DNA of 64,000 nucleotides from Alphaproteobacteria bacterium (lineage in GTDB: Bacteria > Pseudomonadota > Alphaproteobacteria > MPNO01 > UBA830), in NCBI GenBank assembly GCA_965243135.1, contig OZ251539.1:1504001-1568000 (forward strand), given 5' to 3'. Both the position numbers and the translations under genes were made by a program. Below are positions 58,588 to 64,000 of this stretch, in pieces; the stretch's first letter is position 1, and every line of letters starts with the position of its first letter. The notes below the pieces were generated by a model that was not told the origin of the DNA, made no database searches, and saw only the letters and a program-made list of their open reading frames with translations.

Positions 58588-58977
58588 TCGGAGCCGTCGT
58601 CCGGCATCATGAGGATGTCCTCGCAGACGACCGGTTCGGGAGCCTCTTTCAGAGATCCGACGGCACCGCTCCGGAACCGAAGCCGCGTCCCCCCGCTAGC
58701 CGTTTGGCCTTTCCGCAGTCGGCCTTAAGCGTTCCATAACGTTCGAGGTCGAGATGTCACGCTTCAACGAGGCGCTGCGGGAACCCATGATCTCGCGCTA
58801 CGCGCTTCGGTCGAAAATGCGGGCAGCGCGTCCGCCTGGAAAAGGGGGGTCGAAGGGGAGGCGGCTGCAAGCCGACGGCCGCCCGCCGGTCTTCAACCGG
58901 AGGCATTGTGCGGCGCAAGCGCGCGGCGTGGTTGCCGCGCGCCCACGAAAATCGTCGGCGCGCGGCGTCGGCAGGTT

Positions 58978-60000
58978 TTATTTGAACCCGAACACGCTCT
59001 TGAGCTTGGCGATGGTCGCAGGCGGCGTTTCGTAAACCTTCTTCACCATGGCCTGGATGGTTTCGCCGTCGACCGGATCGACCGGAGCCTTGCGCTTCTT
59101 CGCGTCGGCCAGGAACGCCGGATCCTCCATCGTCGCCTTGAAGGCCGAGCGAAGAGCGGCGACGCGCTTCTTCGGCACTTCCGGCGCGACCCAGAACCCC
59201 ATGCCGATCCGCGGCGCGGTTTCGAGGAAGGCTACCATGTCCTTCTGTTCCTGCGTCTTGGCCAGACTGGCCATGCTGGGCAGGTCAGGCAGTTCAGGAA
59301 TGCTGCCTCCGTAGCTGACGATATGACGCAGTTTGTTGCCCGAAACCCAAGCCGGCTTGCCGGCGGTCCATCCCGACCAGTAGTTCATGCGGCCGTGCAC
59401 TTCGCCGGATTCTATCGCCTTGTTGATCTGGGCTCCGCCTTTGTATCCCTTCACGACCTTGAACTTCGTGCCGGCGATGTGATTGAGCAACGTCGGCGCG
59501 AGGAAGGTTTCCGAGCCGAGGCCGGTCGAGCCGACGATAGCTTCGGTTTTTCTGGCGCTGGCGAGATCGGAGACTGGCGCGGCGTGCCACATGGAGATCA
59601 CTGCCGGGCGGGGCGTGATCGATCCCAACCACTGAAATTTCGAGGCGTCGAATTTCATGTCGCGCAGCAGCGGGGCGAGCGCGGAGGGGGCGAGCACTTC
59701 GGCGATGAAGGTGCCGTCCTTGGGAGCGGCGTTGTAGGCGTAGGCCGCGCCTTTCGTTCCCCCGCCGCCCGGCCGCGACTGGATGATCACGGTGGGATTG
59801 CCGGGGATGTGCTTGCCCAGGTGCTCCACGGTCAGGCGGCCGTACAGGCCGAGCGTCGCGCCGAGGCTGGACGGCACCATCACGGTGACGGTCTTGCCCT
59901 TGTAGAAGTCCGACACGGCATCTGCGGACGCCGGGCTGGCGAGCGCCAGCATAGCTGCGGCCGGTGCGACGGCCAGCGTAAAACGCGGATTTCCTGTCAT
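58978..60000 (-). CDS. tctC: Tripartite tricarboxylate transporter substrate-binding protein (Bug/TctC)
   Basis: Signal peptide, FYKGKTV, HIPGNP, APKDG, GYKGG..I..AIESGEV. Confidence 0.88.
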   Translation of the reverse strand: MTGNPRFTLAVAPAAAMLALASPASADAVSDFYKGKTVTVMVPSSLGATLGLYGRLTVEHLGKHIPGNPTVIIQSRPGGGGTKGAAYAYNAAPKDGTFIAEVLAPSALAPLLRDMKFDASKFQWLGSITPRPAVISMWHAAPVSDLASARKTEAIVGSTGLGSETFLAPTLLNHIAGTKFKVVKGYKGGAQINKAIESGEVHGRMNYWSGWTAGKPAWVSGNKLRHIVSYGGSIPELPDLPSMASLAKTQEQKDMVAFLETAPRIGMGFWVAPEVPKKRVAALRSAFKATMEDPAFLADAKKRKAPVDPVDGETIQAMVKKVYETPPATIAKLKSVFGFK

Positions 60001-61052
60001 GGCGTAACTCCTTGCGTTTGCGTCAAGCGGAAGTCTCAGGTTACGGGAAAATTTCAGGATCCGAAAGCGTGGCGCAGCCCATTCGTTCCGGGACCCTGAC
60101 GGCCGACGCCGCGCTCGTCTTCCGAGGGTATTTTCGGTCAGGTCGTTGAAAGGCCGCCGCGAAATTCGCCGAAGGCGCCGGTCAGGTTCTGGGCGCCGCG
60201 CAAGTCGGCGCTCGCGCAGAAACGAGAAAAGTTAGCGCGGGCCAGGGCAGCGGGGGTCCGGGATCTTCGCGCCGCGTTCGCTGCAGCCGCTACCCGGCGA
60301 AAGCTCGCGCTTCACGTCCGGCCACCTGCTGTCGGAGCGGGAACGGCGAGACCGCGCAGGAACCCGGCCCTAATCGGCAGGCTTGGCGGAGGGTGACTCC
60401 TCGACGTTCGCCGCTTCGCTTCCGGTGTTTCCCGATTCTCCTTCCGGCGTTTCCGATTCTCCAACGTCATTTATCGCGAAGCCGCTCCGGAACTTCAGGT
60501 CGCCGCGCGGCGGCCCCTTCCGTGCTGCGTCTTGCGACGGGCAAAGCGCCTGTCGGCCCGAAAGTCGTTGGGGCGGAACGGGTTTGGCAAAGCGGCTCCC
60601 GCTTGCGGGAGAAACCCGGCCGGCCGATACGCTCGCCGCGGAAGCGGCGCGCGGCTCCTTGAAAGCCGCCGACCCGGCAAGAGTTCCGGGATCGTCGCCC
60701 AAGACGCGCCGCAGTCATGTTCCTCAATTGCGGCTGAAACGGAAATCTGCTTCGGAAAGAAGCGCTTTTCCGAAACCGAGGCCTCTTGGGAGACTTGCCT
60801 TGACTTCAGACCGCGCGACGGCGTCGAACTCCACGCTGTCGCGGGCGGCCGCCGACCGCAAACAATTTTTAAGGCTGCGCCGATGTATATGATAATATCA
60901 ATACTACAGCTTCCGGATGACGTGGTAGCCGCCGCTTTCCCGTGCTCTCCGGCCGCCGTGCAGGCGAGCTCTCCCGGCAGGCCCGAGCGTTCGCTTTTCC
61001 TGAACGGCACTGCCGCTGCGCAACCGCGGCCAAGGCTTTCAGGCCGGACGGT

Positions 61053-62630
61053 TCAGAGGCGCTCCGCCCCGAAGGCCGTGATTTTGCGGCCGTCCGGGTC
61101 GTATTCCACCGTGATCAGGTGGCCGGCCCCGCGCTCGACGGCGAAGTCCCGCGCGGGCGTGGCGGGATCCTTCGAGCTCGCCCGTTCCACCCCGACCGTT
61201 ATCAATTCGAAGACGGAAACGCGACCGTCGTCGAGACGAACCTCCAAGCCCGCCCAGCTGGGATAATTGTAGTACTCTCCGAGAACTTCCATGTCCTGGG
61301 CGGCGAACCAGGAGAAGAAGACGCTTTCGAAAAAACCGTTCCCGAAATCCTCCTCGGGTTGCCACCGTTCGGGGATCTCGGCGAGGATATTTCGGAACGC
61401 GGTCGCGATTCCGTCGAAATCCTCCTTGGCGAGGAGTTCGTCCAGCGAACCGTTCCGCGCGACGCTGAGCGCCGATTCCGGCAGCATGCCGCTCAACAGG
61501 CGACGGTTCAGATCTTGACGCGCTTCCCGATTCGCGTATCGCAACCCGTAGCTTACGCCCATATCGCGGTCGTCGATCTTCTCCTCGATCTTCATGTACC
61601 CGCCCTGGAAGAGCAGCGACTCGGTGGGCAGATCCCCGACATCGAAGCTCGCCAGGCGGTAGTGGCTGGTGTACTTGGTCTCCAGCTTGAGCGTGTTGGC
61701 GCCGCGTTCCAGCAACGTTTCGACCAGGAACTCCGGCGAGGCGAGCTCTTCGCTCCAGTAGTCCCTGACCTCGCGCTTCCGGAAGGCCGACAGGATCTCG
61801 AACGGGTTGTAGACGACCTCGCCCGTCTCGGCGCCGGACCAGTCGTAGCCGTAGTACCGGCGGCGGATTTCGTCGCGGTCCAGACCCTCGAGTTCCGCCG
61901 CGAAAACGGCGTCGAGTTCCTGTTCCGTGAACCCGCAGCAGCCCGATTGGCGCCAATCAATGGAAACGTCGATGGAGTTGTTGAAGCCGGAGAATATGCC
62001 GGGCCTCGGAAACGCGGTCGGGCCGGCGAAAAGGACGGCCTCGAAGTTTCTGTCGTCGGATTTCGTAACTCCGTACACCGACACCAGCAGGTCGCGATTG
62101 ATCGCCGCCACCTCCGGTTCGCCGATGGCGTCCTGGATCGGCTTGGTGTGTCCGTCGACGAGGAAGACCACGCGCTTGCCGGTGCTTTCGCGCATTTCGG
62201 AGATGATGCGGGCGAAGCGGAAGCGCGGCGTATCGAAGTTCATTTCGATGCCGAGGAGATCTTCGTAATGGATGAGCTGAATCACCAGGTCTTCGCGCAC
62301 CCACTCCGGATCGGTGTAGTCGCCGGTGTCGAAAACCAGCCGCACGACGGGATGGCGAACCGACCAGTCCCAATGATCGTGGATATCCAGACCCCGGAAC
62401 AGCGGCTCGTTGCCTTCGTACAGTTCCTTCAGCATGTCCACGAACAGGCTCTTGCCGAATCCGCGCGGGCGGAACAGCATGAAATTCTTTCCGCCCCGCT
62501 CCATCAGCGTCCGGGCGTGCATGGTCTTGTCGACGTAATAATAACCGCCCTCGCGAATTTCGCGAAAGGAGTTGACGCCGATGGGTAGCTTGAGTTTGGT
62601 CATTTCGCCCTGCCGATACGTGATTTTCAT
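61053..62630 (-). CDS. AAA-ATPase-like/PD-(D/E)XK family protein with degenerate catalytic motifs
   Basis: LPIG, YYVDKT, RPRGFGKSL, FSGFNN, YNPF; Walker B is LVDGHTKP; nuclease region LEV...FELIT. Alternative start at 62603. Confidence 0.85.
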   Translation of the reverse strand: MKITYRQGEMTKLKLPIGVNSFREIREGGYYYVDKTMHARTLMERGGKNFMLFRPRGFGKSLFVDMLKELYEGNEPLFRGLDIHDHWDWSVRHPVVRLVFDTGDYTDPEWVREDLVIQLIHYEDLLGIEMNFDTPRFRFARIISEMRESTGKRVVFLVDGHTKPIQDAIGEPEVAAINRDLLVSVYGVTKSDDRNFEAVLFAGPTAFPRPGIFSGFNNSIDVSIDWRQSGCCGFTEQELDAVFAAELEGLDRDEIRRRYYGYDWSGAETGEVVYNPFEILSAFRKREVRDYWSEELASPEFLVETLLERGANTLKLETKYTSHYRLASFDVGDLPTESLLFQGGYMKIEEKIDDRDMGVSYGLRYANREARQDLNRRLLSGMLPESALSVARNGSLDELLAKEDFDGIATAFRNILAEIPERWQPEEDFGNGFFESVFFSWFAAQDMEVLGEYYNYPSWAGLEVRLDDGRVSVFELITVGVERASSKDPATPARDFAVERGAGHLITVEYDPDGRKITAFGAERL

Positions 62631-63192
62631 TTGACGATACCATCATTTGGCGCTGAACGTTCGAATGTCAAGCGAATCGTTCGCGCCCCAGGGCGAATCC
62701 AAGAATGGCGCGGTCATTGCCAAGCGCTGCCCGCGAGGAAGCGATGGCACCGCGCGGATGGCGGGAGACGGCGGTGCGAGAGGCGAGGGGCCACCCGGTC
62801 GGACGTCAGAAGACCTCCGTGGTCAGCTCTCGAACGGCCCTGGCGCGGGTCGTAGTGCCGGTGTGCCTGCGGCAGGTCCGCGCAACCGAACGATGGAGGC
62901 GTTGCAGGCCAGAGCACGGGCGCTGCTGCCGACATGATTGCCGCGGCGCTCCTCGTCGTAAGTCTTGTCGCGAACATGCCTGTTTTCCCGGTGACGGCGA
63001 GCGAGAATCTCGGCAGGTTCTCCGCGGCGGGACGGAAGTCACTCCGTCACCAGGAAATTCGGGATGAATACTGTTAGTGGCGTACAGCATCAAATTGCGG
63101 GGGACCCGCAGGGCGAACTCTCCCGGCAAGTCCGGGCGTTCGCTTTTCCTGAACGGCGGCGCTGCCGCCCGGCGCGACCGCAGCCGAGGTCT

Positions 63193-64000
63193 TCAGGCCG
63201 GACGGAGGCGCTCCGCCCCGAAGGCCGTGATCTTGCGGCCCGTCGGGTCGTATTCCACCGTGATCAGGTGGCCGGCCCCGCGCTCGACGGCGAAGTCCCG
63301 CGCAGGCGTGCCGGGCTCCTTCGGGTTCGCCCGTTCCACCCCGACCGTTATCAATTCGAAGACGGAAACGCGACCGTCGTCGAGACGAACCTCCAGGCCC
63401 GCCCAGCTGGGATAATTGTAGTACTCTCCGAGAACTTCCATGTCCTGGGCGGCGAACCAGGAGAAGAAGACGCTTTCGAAAAAACCGTTCCCGAAATCCT
63501 CCTCGGGTTGCCACCGTTCGGGGATCTCGGCGAGGATATTCCGGAACGCGGTCGCGATTCCGTCGAAATCGTCCTTGGCGAGGAGTTCGTCCAGCGAACC
63601 GTTCCGCGCGGCGCTGAGCGCCGATTCCGGCAACATGCCGCTCAACAGGCGACGGTTCAGATCCTGACGCGCTTCCCGATTCGCGTACCGCAACCCGTAG
63701 CTTACGCCCATATCGCGGTCGTTGGTCTTCTCCTCGATCTTCATGTATCCGCCCTGGAAGAGCAGCGCCTCGGTGGGCAGGTCTCCGACATCGAAGCTCG
63801 TCAGGCGGTAGTGGCTGGTGTACTTGGCCTCCAGCTTGAGCGTGTTGGCGCCGCGTTCCAGCAACGTTTCGACCAGGAATTCCGGCGAGGCGAGCTCTTC
63901 GCTCCAGTAGTCCCTGACCTCGCGCTTCCGGAAGGCCGACAGGATTTCGAACGGGTTGTAGACGACCTCGCCCGTCTCGGCGCCGGACCAGTCGTAGCCG
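63193..64000 (-). CDS. Second copy of the degenerate AAA/PD-(D/E)XK protein (5' part beyond the window)
   Basis: Open frame to the window edge, near-identical to 61053-61851. Confidence 0.85.
   Translation of the reverse strand, partial: GYDWSGAETGEVVYNPFEILSAFRKREVRDYWSEELASPEFLVETLLERGANTLKLEAKYTSHYRLTSFDVGDLPTEALLFQGGYMKIEEKTNDRDMGVSYGLRYANREARQDLNRRLLSGMLPESALSAARNGSLDELLAKDDFDGIATAFRNILAEIPERWQPEEDFGNGFFESVFFSWFAAQDMEVLGEYYNYPSWAGLEVRLDDGRVSVFELITVGVERANPKEPGTPARDFAVERGAGHLITVEYDPTGRKITAFGAERLRPA

Larger units (their letters stand above)
60961..64000. repeat. Tandem duplication: about 60961-61851 repeated at about 63109-64000 (offset 2149 in the coding part)
   Basis: Near-identical sequence covering the gene 3' half and about 90 bp of downstream DNA. 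Confidence 0.9.

Noticed and set aside
60001-60960. Short ORFs or a riboswitch upstream of tctC
   Set aside because: No recognisable protein or RNA motifs, and the ORFs look like GC-rich noise.
63071-63087. LexA SOS box
   Set aside because: CTGT-N9-ACAG has the wrong spacing and is not the alphaproteobacterial motif.

Overview
GC-rich bacterial DNA, probably from an alphaproteobacterium (inferred from gene content). Most of the window is a dispersed N-heterocycle/pyridine-carboxylate and aromatic catabolism region. It encodes a nicotinate dehydrogenase-like Mo enzyme, 6-hydroxynicotinate reductase, a split enamidase, two DUF1185 proteins, a NicR-like MarR regulator, glutaryl-CoA dehydrogenase with a CoA-transferase, KorAB, a ferredoxin-NADP reductase, MoaA, UbiD, a Rieske oxygenase, and TRAP and TTT transporters. 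The best candidate for an undescribed system is a two-gene operon: nadC followed by a PhnN (ribose-1,5-bisphosphate kinase)/AMP-phosphorylase-type fusion. Together these could form a PRPP-recycling cycle that decarboxylates quinolinate to free nicotinate for the neighbouring catabolic pathway. A second unusual unit is a GOLPH3/GPP34-cytochrome P450 fusion paired with an Stf3-like sulfotransferase. Accessory genes are interspersed: a Fic protein, an Rpn nuclease with a probable internal antitoxin start, and four members of an AAA-ATPase/PD-(D/E)XK family (one intact, one 3' remnant, two tandem degenerate copies). I found no rRNA, tRNA or CRISPR array. All calls come from motif recognition by eye; no database searches were run.
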